Source of the DNA: Bdellovibrionales bacterium
Lineage (GTDB): Bacteria; Bdellovibrionota; Bdellovibrionia; Bdellovibrionales; UBA1609
Length of the DNA: 64,000 bases
Assembly (NCBI GenBank): GCA_965203095.1
Contig: OZ241877.1
Coordinates: 1,280,001 to 1,344,000 of the forward strand
Reading direction: 5' to 3'
Shown here piece after piece: positions 1-9,652 of this stretch. The position numbers were made by a program, and so were the translations under genes. Under the pieces are notes generated by a model. It had not been told where the DNA came from. It saw nothing but the letters and a program-made list of their open reading frames with translations, and ran no database searches. The first letter of the stretch is position 1. Every line of letters starts with the position of its first letter.

Positions 1-11
1 TGTTTCCAAAA

Positions 12-1052
12 ATGAGATATATTAGTTTGGATCGGCCCTCCACTGCTTATAGGGCGGAGCACTCTGGAGAAGATTTTTTAAAAAGTATAGGTGCCCCAGC
101 AATTATAGATGAAGTTCAGTATGCTCCCTCTTTGTTCCGGCACATAAAGCACTTTGTAGATCAAAACGAGCGAAAAGCTCTGTTTATTCTAACAGGCTCT
201 CAAAAATTTAACCTGATGGCCAATGTTTCTGATTCTCTCGCGGGCCGAGTGGCCTTATTGGATTTGCATTCCCTCTCTGTTGAAGAGCTTAAAAGCCATT
301 TTAAATGGAGGATAGATCAAAAAAAGATAATGGAGCTGATATTTAAAGGTGGATACCCGGAAATCTGGAGCACAAAAAGTGCTGTGGATGAGTTTTTTTT
401 AAATTATATAAGCTCTTATATTCAAAGGGATATTCGGCAAATTGTTCAAGTTAAAAATCTTCATGACTTTGAGACTTTTATGGGCCTTTTGGCCAGCCGA
501 GTAGGGCAGTTGTTAAATTATAACAAGATAGCCTGTGATGTAGGGGTGAGTTGCCCTACCATAAAATCCTGGGTGAGTGCTTTAGAGACAGGCAATGTGT
601 TATTTCTCCTAAAACCTTTTTACAACAATTTGGGCAAACGATTAGTAAAAAGCCCCAAGCTTTATTTTACGGATACAGGCTTGCTTTGTCATCTTATCGG
701 TTTTAGGCACCAGCAAGAGATTAAAAACTCAAATCTCCTTGGCAAACTTTTTGAAAATTTTGTTTTAGGACAAATTCTTAGAAAAGAGGCTAATCAGGGG
801 AAAAAGGCCAATTTATTTTTTTACAGGGATCAAAAAGGGCTGGAAATAGATTTTGTTCGGCCTGTGGGAGAAAAACTTCATCTTTATGAATGCAAATGGA
901 GTAGCGAACCAAAGACACAACTAAAGGGATTTTTAAAAATTCAACAACTGGCTGGCAAAAAAAATATTCTGTCAAAAAATATTTTTTCCACTTCAACCGA
1001 ATCTTATTTAAATGAAGGTTGTAATGTCATTTCCCTTAATGACAAAAAGTGA
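12..1052 (+). CDS. AAA_14/DUF4143-type ATPase (5' end probably outside the window)
   Basis: IIDEVQYAP Walker B, LTGS, SLAGR, GGYP, KSPKLYFTDTGL and C-terminal EIDF...ECK. Walker A is absent and the frame is open to the window edge. Confidence 0.85.
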   Translation: MRYISLDRPSTAYRAEHSGEDFLKSIGAPAIIDEVQYAPSLFRHIKHFVDQNERKALFILTGSQKFNLMANVSDSLAGRVALLDLHSLSVEELKSHFKWRIDQKKIMELIFKGGYPEIWSTKSAVDEFFLNYISSYIQRDIRQIVQVKNLHDFETFMGLLASRVGQLLNYNKIACDVGVSCPTIKSWVSALETGNVLFLLKPFYNNLGKRLVKSPKLYFTDTGLLCHLIGFRHQQEIKNSNLLGKLFENFVLGQILRKEANQGKKANLFFYRDQKGLEIDFVRPVGEKLHLYECKWSSEPKTQLKGFLKIQQLAGKKNILSKNIFSTSTESYLNEGCNVISLNDKK

Positions 1053-1245
1053 GTGAGGCAAGTCACAGCTTGAGACTCCAAGAAAATTGTATGGAGCATT
1101 GAACACAGACAAGATTAACTGGGTGGATAGCGAGAGCAAATAAGTCTCAAACCCTCTATTTTTCTCTCTAATCTCTTCTTTATCCAGCATTCAAGACACA
1201 AAAAAGCCATATTCTGGCTGATATTTGAGCACTTAAAAAAAAGGC

Positions 1246-1274
1246 TTGACATTCCCAAACAATGGACTGATAAT
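1246..1274 (+). promoter_or_regulatory. sigma70-type promoter of the small coiled-coil gene
   Basis: TTGACA-N17-GATAAT. SD AAGGAGG at 1297-1303 before the ATG at 1309. Confidence 0.65.
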
Positions 1275-1308
1275 GGATATATAAACTAATAACCACAAGG
1301 AGGTTGAT

Positions 1309-1578
1309 ATGATTGAAGGTTTATCTCAATTTACTCCATTCTTTACAGCTGGAATTTTTTTTATTGGTTTTTTAGCTGTTTTGTTGGGAGTTATTTATTT
1401 TCTTTTGAATGCAATGATAGAGCCAGTTAAAAAAGATATGGCTAAGATTGAGAAAAGGATAGAAGGGCTTGAGACTGGACAAGCTAATCTTGAGACTGGA
1501 CAAGCTAATCTTGAGAAAAGGATAGACGGCATTGAAGTTAAGCTGGATACTCTTTTAGAGCTAATCAAAAAGCAATAG
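1309..1578 (+). CDS. small membrane-anchored coiled-coil protein (paralogue of 62877-63125)
   Basis: Hydrophobic N-terminal helix followed by heptad repeats (LETGQAN x2); good SD and promoter. Confidence 0.75.
   Translation: MIEGLSQFTPFFTAGIFFIGFLAVLLGVIYFLLNAMIEPVKKDMAKIEKRIEGLETGQANLETGQANLEKRIDGIEVKLDTLLELIKKQ
1468..1516 (+). repeat. in-frame 21-bp tandem repeat (about 2.3 copies)
   Basis: cttgagactggacaagctaat x2 followed by cttgaga. Confidence 0.9.
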
Positions 1579-1611
1579 TTTAAGGATATTTCAAACCGAA
1601 TGCCTAAAGTC

Positions 1612-2859
1612 TTAGTGCCATAAAAATTGTAAAGGAACAGCATAAAGGCTATTCCCAAAACTAAGACTCCTATCTCCATTATAAAAAACCACCCCACAAA
1701 TAAACCGCTTTCCCAAAGTCTCTTTAATTTTGCGTAAGCCTTTAAAATCTGACATATAGACCGTAGCAGAAGATTTAACTTCCAAGCCTGCTGTCATATA
1801 ATCCCTTTCTATCACAATATCCACCTCAGTTCCTTTTTTATCCCGATAGTGAAAAAAACTGTGATGATGCTTATTATAACTGGCTTGCCTTTTTAGTTCT
1901 TGAAACACAAAAGTCTCCGTCAATTGTCCTAACAAAGCTGGGGTTTTTCCCAAAGATGAACGACTCAAATTAAGCAAAGCACAAGCTAAACCTGTGTCAC
2001 TGATATGAATTTTAGGAGTTTTAACAAGTCTTTTTAAATAGCGACTGTGCCAAGGAGGCAGTCTTTCCAAAAAAAACATTTGCTCAAGCAAAGCCACATA
2101 ATCACAAATTGTAGGGCGACTCACTTGAAAAGCACTTGCCAAATTAGAAAAATTTACAAGCTGAGCAGTTTGGCCAGCAGATAAAGCCAAAAGCCTTGGC
2201 AGTATATCGATGGATCGTGCTTTGGATATATCCCTTATATCTCTCTGAATAAGAGTTTCTATATAATCTCTATGCCAATCAGCTCTTCGCCTTCCCACTG
2301 GACGACTAAGTGCTGGAGGATAGCCACCGGAAACAATTTGATCCATCAAAAAACTCTTTACCGGCGATTTCGCTTTTTTAGCTTTAAATTTACAGTTAAA
2401 AAGATCATCCAAGAAATAAGACTGCCGGCGATTCAGCTCTTCTTGGGATAAAGGATGAAGCCTCAAAATTTTCATCCGCCCTGCCAATGAATCTGAAAGT
2501 TTTTTCATGCGTAAAATATTTGCAGAACCGGTCAATATGAAGCGACCGTATACATGGCGTTTTTTATCAATAGCTGTTTTAAGAGCAGAAAAAATTTGAG
2601 GTGCTTTTTGAGCCTCATCTAAAATGACTTTTTTGGGCAGATTTCTTACAAAACCAACAGGATCCGCTTTAGCCGAGGAAACTATCTCATCGTTGTCAAA
2701 ACTGATATAATCATATTTCTTAAGCTTTCCCACCATAAGAGCTAATGTTGTTTTTCCACATTGGCGAGGGCCATGAATAAGCGTTAGAGGAGAATCTCTC
2801 AAGCCTTCCAAAAAGAGAGCCTTTATGTGACGAGGATAAAAAGCTATTTTTTTAGCCAT
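1612..2859 (-). CDS. AAA_14/DUF4143-type ATPase
   Basis: GPRQCGKT Walker A, ILDEAQ Walker B, LTGS, SLAGR, GGYP, KTPKIHISDTGL, EVDIV...EVK. Confidence 0.9.
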   Translation of the reverse strand: MAKKIAFYPRHIKALFLEGLRDSPLTLIHGPRQCGKTTLALMVGKLKKYDYISFDNDEIVSSAKADPVGFVRNLPKKVILDEAQKAPQIFSALKTAIDKKRHVYGRFILTGSANILRMKKLSDSLAGRMKILRLHPLSQEELNRRQSYFLDDLFNCKFKAKKAKSPVKSFLMDQIVSGGYPPALSRPVGRRRADWHRDYIETLIQRDIRDISKARSIDILPRLLALSAGQTAQLVNFSNLASAFQVSRPTICDYVALLEQMFFLERLPPWHSRYLKRLVKTPKIHISDTGLACALLNLSRSSLGKTPALLGQLTETFVFQELKRQASYNKHHHSFFHYRDKKGTEVDIVIERDYMTAGLEVKSSATVYMSDFKGLRKIKETLGKRFICGVVFYNGDRSLSFGNSLYAVPLQFLWH

Positions 2860-2865
2860 ACATCC

Positions 2866-2894
2866 ACTTTACTTGATAGGAACAAAAATGTCAA
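2866..2894 (-). promoter_or_regulatory. sigma70-type promoter, probably leaderless, for the 2859 ATPase
   Basis: TTGACA-N17-TAAAGT, then 6 nt to the ATG; no SD. Confidence 0.55.
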
Positions 2895-2900
2895 ACGAAA

Positions 2901-2966
2901 ACAGGGGCCAATTGAAAGATTATACAGGGGCCAATTGAAAGATTGCATGGGGGCTAATTGAAAGGT
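2901..2966. repeat. 3 x 23-bp tandem repeat upstream of the ATPase promoter
   Basis: acaggggccaattgaaagattat / acaggggccaattgaaagattgc / atgggggctaattgaaaggt. Confidence 0.85.
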
Positions 2967-4135
2967 AAAAATACAAAAAAAGCCCCTTATTCTTTAGGAT
3001 ATAGCTTATTTCTTTTTTTGTAAGTTTGAATTTATGAGTAATATAGTTATCCAATTCCTGAATTTTATTTTTATTTTGCAAGATTTTATCTACCAATCTA
3101 ACCATTTTTGAAAAAGTTTTTTTATCCCACAAAGGTAAAGGCAAAGCTGAAATATGGCTTCGCAAAACTTTTATACTGGAAAATTTTTTTTGAAATAAAA
3201 ACTGATATAAAGAAGAGTTAAAAAGGGCTAAAATAACCTTAATGGGATAATCAGGGATTTTAGGAATCAGTATATTGGCACTGTTTAAAGTCAATCTTTT
3301 TTGATTGTCATAAGCAAAGATTAATTTATTTGAAATAAATTTGTAAATTAGCTTTTCTTTAGCCCGATACTTATATTCTGGAGCTGTTTGCTGGAATTTT
3401 TTAGGCTGGAATCGAATATAATGAGAAGGCTCAGCTAAAACAAACTTTTTAATGTCTTTTCCTAAATAAATAGGCTCAAAACCCGATTTATTTTTGGGAA
3501 TAATAAATTTTTTATTATTCCCCGTCACAATTCCTAAAGCCCAACTGGCATTATTTTTTAAAGTCATGTGTTTTGTTTTATATATTTTATCAATAATTTT
3601 AGAGTCCAATTTATTGGAATGAATATCAAAAATAAAATCATGATTGCTCATCCATTTTATTTGCCTCACTTTATATTTTTTATCTATATTCTGAATAACT
3701 GTTTGTTTTGCATTTTTGTTAGTTTTTTCCAAATCTAACCGGATTACAGGGGTAAAAACATATTTAAAAACACGGTGAAGATAAACGATTTTTTTGATTT
3801 GAGCTGTTTTTAAAATAAATTCTCTTATATCCTTATGTAGGCAAACATTTAAAATAGATTCAGGAAGTAAAAATGAAATTACCCCATCAGTGCCCAGCAA
3901 ACTAAAGCTTTTCTTGAGAAAATAAGAAAAAGACTCAAAAGAGGAAATTTGAGGATAAAGGCTTTTAAGCTGTTTTATCTCTGCTCTTGAAAAACTTGCA
4001 CCCCAAGGTGGATTTGTGGCTATAACATCAAAGTTTTTTATATCTTTATCCTTATGAAAGCTGAATAAGTCATTGTTTCTCACATCAAAAAGAGTATTTT
4101 TACAAAAGATATTTGGCTCAAAATTTTTATTTTTA

Positions 4136-5270
4136 TACTGGTTTGATTTAAAAAATCAAGTTTTTTTGATAAAGGTTTAGTTTTTGGCATTATGAGTTTT
4201 CCAAATCTTTTGGATGTTCTATAATATGTTTCTATGAACTCATTTTTAACTGGCAAGCAAAAAGCAGAGCTTTTAACTTTTCTTCGTTTGGAAAGGAATC
4301 GTAGGCGAGCGGATCGTATCCGGGTTATTTTGTTGCTGGATAGTGGAGAGTCTGTCACCGATATTGCGAGATTTTTATTTTTTGATGAAGGAACTATCAG
4401 AAACTGCAAAAGGCGTTATGAAGAAGGAGGTTTGTCGAGGTTGGTTTATGACGATCATAGAGGTCGCATGTCGTATTTATCTGAGGAACAACGGAAGAAA
4501 CTGGTTTTGGAGTTGGAGTCAAAGGTATATCCCACAACAAAGGCAGTTGTTTTATATGTTCAAAAGACATTTGGGGTTGTTTATACTGTGAATGGAATGA
4601 CGGCTTTACTTCACAAGTTAGATTTTTCATATAAGAAGCCAAAGGGTGTGCCTGGGAAGGCTGATATTGAGAAGCAGAAGGTGTTTATTCAAAGATATCG
4701 CAGGATAAAAAAGAGAGGTGATTTAGTGTATTTTGCGGATTCAACTCATCCTATGCTCAATCCTGTAATATCATCGGGTTGGATTAAGAAGGGGGTGGAG
4801 TTTAAGGTTAAAACTAATTCAGGTCGTGAGCGGGTGAATATAAATGGTGCGATAGAGATAAATAGTTTAGATTTTGTCAGTAGAAGCTGTGAGAGGGTTA
4901 ATAAAAATTCAATGCAGGAGTTATTGCGAGCTGTGAGGGCGAGACAGCCTATGAGGGATAAAAGGTTGTATTTGGTTTTAGACAATGCACCATATAACAG
5001 GGCCTTTCAGGTGAGGGATTTAGCGAAAAGTTTGGATATTACTTTGCTGTATTTGCCTCCATTTTCTCCTAATTTGAATCCTATTGAGAGGTTTTGGAAA
5101 TTTGTAAAGAAGAAGACAATGGCTAATGTGTATTTTTCAGATCTTAAAACTTTTCGTAAAGAGTTGATGCTGTTTTTAAGAGGTGTTAGAAAATACAGGG
5201 CTGAATTGTCCATGCTTATTACTGATAATTTTCATGTCATCGAAACCTGAAAATTCAAACAAGACCAGTA
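4136..5270 (+). mobile_element. IS630-family insertion sequence, TA target duplication
   Basis: TA at 4134-4135 and 5271-5272. Imperfect TIRs TACTGGTTTGATTTAAAAAATCAAG versus reverse complement TACTGGTCTTGTTTGAATTTTCAGG. About 1135 bp. Confidence 0.9.
4234..5250 (+). CDS. IS630 DDE transposase (intact, single frame)
   Basis: N-terminal HTH; catalytic motifs FADST, VLDNA, LPPFSPNLNPIE. Confidence 0.95.
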   Translation: MNSFLTGKQKAELLTFLRLERNRRRADRIRVILLLDSGESVTDIARFLFFDEGTIRNCKRRYEEGGLSRLVYDDHRGRMSYLSEEQRKKLVLELESKVYPTTKAVVLYVQKTFGVVYTVNGMTALLHKLDFSYKKPKGVPGKADIEKQKVFIQRYRRIKKRGDLVYFADSTHPMLNPVISSGWIKKGVEFKVKTNSGRERVNINGAIEINSLDFVSRSCERVNKNSMQELLRAVRARQPMRDKRLYLVLDNAPYNRAFQVRDLAKSLDITLLYLPPFSPNLNPIERFWKFVKKKTMANVYFSDLKTFRKELMLFLRGVRKYRAELSMLITDNFHVIET

Positions 5271-6254
5271 TAAATTTTGTTAAAATATTAATTCTGGCAA
5301 TTCGGACGGCGGTTTTATCACAATCCATGCCATAGATATTTAATGGATTTTCCACAATATCAGCATAAGCCAACAAAAACTGGCCTGTTCCACAACAAGG
5401 GTCTAAAACTTTGGAATCTTTTTTTACATAATCTGTTATTATATCATTAACTATATTTGAAGGACTGTAATAAGATCCATTTTGAGATTTTTCTCCCTCA
5501 AATAAGAGGGATTGATAGAATATTCCTAAAATATCCCTTTGTTCCGGAAGATCGCAATCCAACAAAAAAGAAAAATAAGGCAGAATGTCTTGGTTTTTAA
5601 GTCCTAAAAGCCATGCTTTTATCTCTTTTTGAATTTTTTGATTGGCAAAAAGCCCGTTTTTGTTTTCTATAATGTCTTTAATACTTGTTTTTAAAAGTAT
5701 TCTTTCCTTTTTTAGAAAATTTAAACTGAGCAGGAAAAGAGCAGTTGTCGTTTTGATATTGTTTTTTTTGATAAAACTAATAATACGGTTAAACTCATTA
5801 AAATTGGCTTGGGTTTTCATAAGCTCTTTGGGGATAAATACCCTTCTGGCTTTGAGCTTATTGGCTCGTTTGTTTAATTTTTTTAACTCTCCAGTTGCAA
5901 GCTTTAGCTTGATCTTTTCAATATCAGATCTATAAAAAAAATGTTTATTTTTCTTTTTATGTGTAGGGATCTGTCTGCATTTTACCCAGTTGCGAACAGT
6001 GGCTGTTGAAATCCCCAGCAATTCAGCTGTTTCCTCTATATTTAGAATTTTCTCGGGGCTGGCCAATCCAAAATCAGAGACATTGTTGATCATTACTTAG
6101 CTCCTCTTGTTATTAAAACCTGTTTAATAACACTTTGCAAGCTCAAAATTTTAATTGATAAATGTCCTTACATTATGTTTGATTCTATGGTGACTGTCTC
6201 AATATGAGACATTTTTTTTGCAGATACAGTAAAGTTCATCAAAAAAGCTTGCAT

Positions 6255-6298
6255 TTTACTCATTACATTGAGTAAAATTACTCAATGTAATGAGTAAA
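6255..6298. promoter_or_regulatory. perfect 21-bp inverted repeat made of two TTACTCA-N6-TGAGTAA operator-like sites over a promoter and start codon
   Basis: tttactcattacattgagtaa-aa-ttactcaatgtaatgagtaaa; overlaps TTGCAT (-35), TAAAAT (-10) and the ATG at 6290. Confidence 0.7.
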
Positions 6299-6511
6299 TT
6301 AAAATTTATTCGTCCTCAAGCCCAAATCCTTTTATCTCGCCTTATGAAGCCACGCCAATTCCTTCAAGTGATTTCCGGTGCAAGGCAGGTAGGCAAAACT
6401 ACTTTAATCACTCAAATAATTCCTAAACTTAAAGGACCTTGCCATTTTGTTAGTGCAGATGAGCCAGGCTTACACCAAAGTGAAAAGGCTTTTTTGCCAC
6501 TAAAACCTTAG
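6290..6511 (+). pseudogene. truncated AAA_14/DUF4143-type ATPase (N-terminal remnant)
   Basis: ISGARQVGKTT Walker A followed by a stop after 73 aa. Confidence 0.8.
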
Positions 6512-7164
6512 TTTTGAACTGTGTTTCGTGGGCAGAGCTTATAAAGTGAACAGAGGGAGCAAAGGGCTTTTCTGGCTCTGCAAATTTTTCGGCCATGGGC
6601 TATCATCAGATGGGAGAGCATGATCCAGTTTTTTTTGTGGCTCAATTTTTCCAACTGCTTTTCAATTGTGCGAACATTGTCTGTTTGAACCAACCCCATC
6701 CTGTTAGATAATCTTTTAACATGGGTATCTACCACTACACCAGAGGGGATTTGAAAGCCGTTTCCCATAACTACATGAGCTGTCTTCCTCCCCACACCTG
6801 CAAGCTCTGTAAGCTGATCAAAATTTTTGGGAACTTTCCCCTGGTAAAACTTTTCCAAAGTTTGGCAAGATTTTTTTAAATTGCGAGCTTTGTTCCTGAA
6901 AAAGCCGGTGGATTGAATGTCTTTTTCTAAACTCTTAATAGGGGCTGTGGCATAAGCTTTAGCATTAGGGTATTTTTGAAAAAGTTTTTTAGTGACCTCA
7001 TTGACTCTTTTATCTGTGCATTGAGCACTCAACTGAGTAGCAACCAACAATTCTAAAGGATTTTTAAAGTTCAAAGAGCAAGAGGCAGAGGGATAAGTCC
7101 TCCTCAATAAAGTTATAATTTGCTGGAATCGCTTTTGTTTTTTTTTTAAAGATTCTAAAGGCAT
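6508..7164 (-). CDS. nth: endonuclease III
   Basis: LSAQCTD, HhH LAGVGRKTA, VDTHV, C-terminal 4Fe-4S C-x6-C-x2-C-x5-C. Confidence 0.97.
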   Translation of the reverse strand: MPLESLKKKQKRFQQIITLLRRTYPSASCSLNFKNPLELLVATQLSAQCTDKRVNEVTKKLFQKYPNAKAYATAPIKSLEKDIQSTGFFRNKARNLKKSCQTLEKFYQGKVPKNFDQLTELAGVGRKTAHVVMGNGFQIPSGVVVDTHVKRLSNRMGLVQTDNVRTIEKQLEKLSHKKNWIMLSHLMIAHGRKICRARKALCSLCSLYKLCPRNTVQN

Positions 7165-7179
7165 TTATCCCACTATGCC

Positions 7180-8322
7180 TTAAGATCGGTCACTTAAGGC
7201 GGGCCAGTTTTTGTTTTTCTCGCCTTTATAGTGACTGGCAGGGCGATAAATCCGATTACCAGAATACTGTTCTTGAATATGGGCCAACCAGCCGGGCATG
7301 CGGGACATGGCAAAAATAGGGGTAAAAAGATCAGTAGGGATGCTCAAACAATGATAGACAGAGGCAGAGTAAAAATCCACATTGGCACAAAGACCTTTTT
7401 TCTCCTTAACCCTTTGCTCTATTGTTTGACTGATTAAAAAAAGTTTTTCTTTGTTTTTGCTTTTAGTGATCTTTTCGCTTACTGATTTTAGTAAAAGAGC
7501 ACGAGGGTCCTGGTTTTTATAAACCCTATGGCCAAAACCCATAATCTTTTCTTTTTTAGATAGAGCCTCATCCACAAATTCTTTGGCTTGACTCTCAGAA
7601 TCTATTTGGTTGAGCATTCGCATGACTTGCTCGTTAGCTCCACCGTGAAGAGGCCCTTTTAAAGCACCTATCGCACTTACAATCGCTGAGTAAAGATCAC
7701 TCAATGAGGAACTGACCACTCTGGCGGAAAAAGTAGAGCAGTTAAGCCCGTGCTCTGCATGGAGGATGAGGGCACGGTCTAAAATTTTGCTATCTTCCAA
7801 AGAAGGCTCTACCCCTGTTAAAGTGTAAAGAAAGTTCCATGCCAAACTTTTGTCTTTTTTAGGAGGGATAAAATGCAAATTTTGCCTTTGCCGATGGAAA
7901 AATGCTATCAATAAAGGAGTTTTTGCTATGAGCCTTAAACTGGCTTTCTCCACAAGGGAAGGATTTTGATAAAAAGAGGTTTGGCCCTCACCCATTTTTA
8001 AAGACAGGAGGGAGATTGCCGTCCTCAACCATGCCATAGGATGAACATTTTTTGTGGGCAATTTAGCCCAAGCCAAATCAGAATCCAAAACAAGCTGAAG
8101 GCTTAGGGCCTCATTCCAACTTTTTAGTTGAGCAGAAGAGGGGAGATGGCCCTTGAGTAAAAGATAAGCTGTTTCAGAAAAGCTGGAATGTTGAAATAGA
8201 TCTTCCAGACGATAACCCCTCAAACAGATGCCAGACTCATGAACATCCGAAAGAGCGGTGGAGCAAGCTTTAACCCCTTCTAAGCCTCTATCAATAGCCC
8301 CTTCATAAATAGTTGAAGACAT
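7180..8322 (-). CDS. citrate synthase / 2-methylcitrate synthase family
   Basis: GLEGV, HAEH, GPLHGGANE, MGFGHRVY, NVDFYS motifs. Confidence 0.93.
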   Translation of the reverse strand: MSSTIYEGAIDRGLEGVKACSTALSDVHESGICLRGYRLEDLFQHSSFSETAYLLLKGHLPSSAQLKSWNEALSLQLVLDSDLAWAKLPTKNVHPMAWLRTAISLLSLKMGEGQTSFYQNPSLVEKASLRLIAKTPLLIAFFHRQRQNLHFIPPKKDKSLAWNFLYTLTGVEPSLEDSKILDRALILHAEHGLNCSTFSARVVSSSLSDLYSAIVSAIGALKGPLHGGANEQVMRMLNQIDSESQAKEFVDEALSKKEKIMGFGHRVYKNQDPRALLLKSVSEKITKSKNKEKLFLISQTIEQRVKEKKGLCANVDFYSASVYHCLSIPTDLFTPIFAMSRMPGWLAHIQEQYSGNRIYRPASHYKGEKNKNWPALSDRS

Positions 8323-8782
8323 TTAAGTTTCCCTCTTTAGTTTGTGTTATTTGCCAGATTCCATTCTTGCGTGATTTTAAAAACTCACAAAAACAGATTT
8401 TTTTGCCGGCTTTTTTTAAAGCAAAGCTTTTTCCCATTATGAAACAAAAAAACTGGTTTGTCCATTTTATTTTTAGCTTGAACAAAAGCGATTCAAAAGA
8501 TAGTTTTCTACAGGTTTTTTAAACTCCTGCCTTTAGCAAGAATCCAGAAATCTCTCTTCTTCCTCTATAGATATAACTCAGTGCATTATAAAATCTAAGA
8601 GCTGAGAGCTTTGATAATGCTGAAAACCCTAATTTTAAAGGTTTTGAAAAAACTGGACTCTTTACCAGCTATTAAATATTAAATAGCCATTCCGCTCAAT
8701 TTACTTATATATTGTAGATAATTGGTTTTTGGGGAATCATTAGTAGATTTCCCCAAAAGCTATCATCAATCAAGGGGTTGTC

Positions 8783-9652
8783 TTGAGATTTGGCGGGCAT
8801 CAAAGTTTTCATTTAAGGGATCACTGGCTTTATAAAGGTAGCCAAGGTGTGAAAAAATCTCCTTCCCTCCTTTTTAAGCCTCATAAAGCTATGGAACAAA
8901 TAGGAGTTGGCAAAAACATGATGGAATCCATCAGATATTGGCTTACAGCCACTCGACTGATAAAAGAGGAGTCTGCGGGTATTTCCCTAACAGACACTGC
9001 AAAAAAGATTTTAGAAAAAGATCCTTACTTTGAGTTGGACGGCACTCTTTTTTTAATCCATTATCTTCTATCCACAAACAAGGAATCAGCCACAACATGG
9101 CATTGGTTTTTTAATCATTTTTCAGCTATGGAATTTGACAAAGAATCCTTAACTAACAGCTATCTTTCTTACATATCCATCCAATCAAGAAAAAAAATTA
9201 AAGACACAACATTAGAAAAAGATTTGAATTGCCTTTTAAGAATGTATCAATCTATAGAATATACTGGCAAAAAAAATCCTGAGACAGAAACCCCCTCTCC
9301 CTTTGTCAAGTATGGCTGGATAGAAAAGAAGGGGGATCGCTGGATCAGGCAAAAATTAAACATTGTGGATTTTGCTCCCGATATATTTGCTCATATTTTT
9401 TATATATTTTGGAAAAAAGATCTCAAGCAACCAGAGTCAGTTAAATTGGACGAACTGGCAAATAAGGAAAATTCTATAGGGCGAATCTTTCTCTTCACTT
9501 TAGAGGAGTTAGGTAGTTTTATAGAAGATCAATCTCAAAAAACAAATTATTTCCAATACTCCCGAACGGGTGGCTATCTTATTGTTTTGCCTAATGAGAG
9601 AGGTTTAAAAAAAGCTTTAGATAATTATTATAAGAAGGTCAATATTCAGTGA
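8783..9652 (+). CDS. sspB: DUF4007 protein, SspB-like nickase
   Basis: FGGHQSFHLRDHWLYKG, GVGKNM..SIRYWL, DPYFE; first gene of the DUF4007-ATPase-PAPS reductase operon. Confidence 0.8.
   Translation: MRFGGHQSFHLRDHWLYKGSQGVKKSPSLLFKPHKAMEQIGVGKNMMESIRYWLTATRLIKEESAGISLTDTAKKILEKDPYFELDGTLFLIHYLLSTNKESATTWHWFFNHFSAMEFDKESLTNSYLSYISIQSRKKIKDTTLEKDLNCLLRMYQSIEYTGKKNPETETPSPFVKYGWIEKKGDRWIRQKLNIVDFAPDIFAHIFYIFWKKDLKQPESVKLDELANKENSIGRIFLFTLEELGSFIEDQSQKTNYFQYSRTGGYLIVLPNERGLKKALDNYYKKVNIQ

Larger units (their letters stand above)
2920..6093 (-). pseudogene. HTH-fused N6-adenine DNA methyltransferase (TaqI-like C-terminal part) interrupted by IS630
   Basis: N-terminal part has an HTH (EETAELLGISTATVRNW), GSYYSP and DPCCGTG; C-terminal part has NPPW. 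Removing the IS plus one TA rejoins the halves in frame (…ILTKFKNKNFEPNIFCKNTLFDVRNND…), giving about 678 aa. Confidence 0.9.

Noticed and set aside
1053..1143. Possible gene remnant after the first ATPase
   Set aside because: Too short to assign; no recognisable motif.
2901..2966. Mini-CRISPR (units contain ATTGAAAG, like many CRISPR repeat 3' ends)
   Set aside because: The period is only 23 bp, leaving no room for spacers.
4080..4409. 109-aa ORF and other short ORFs overlapping the IS630
   Set aside because: Shadow frames of the transposase or IS end.
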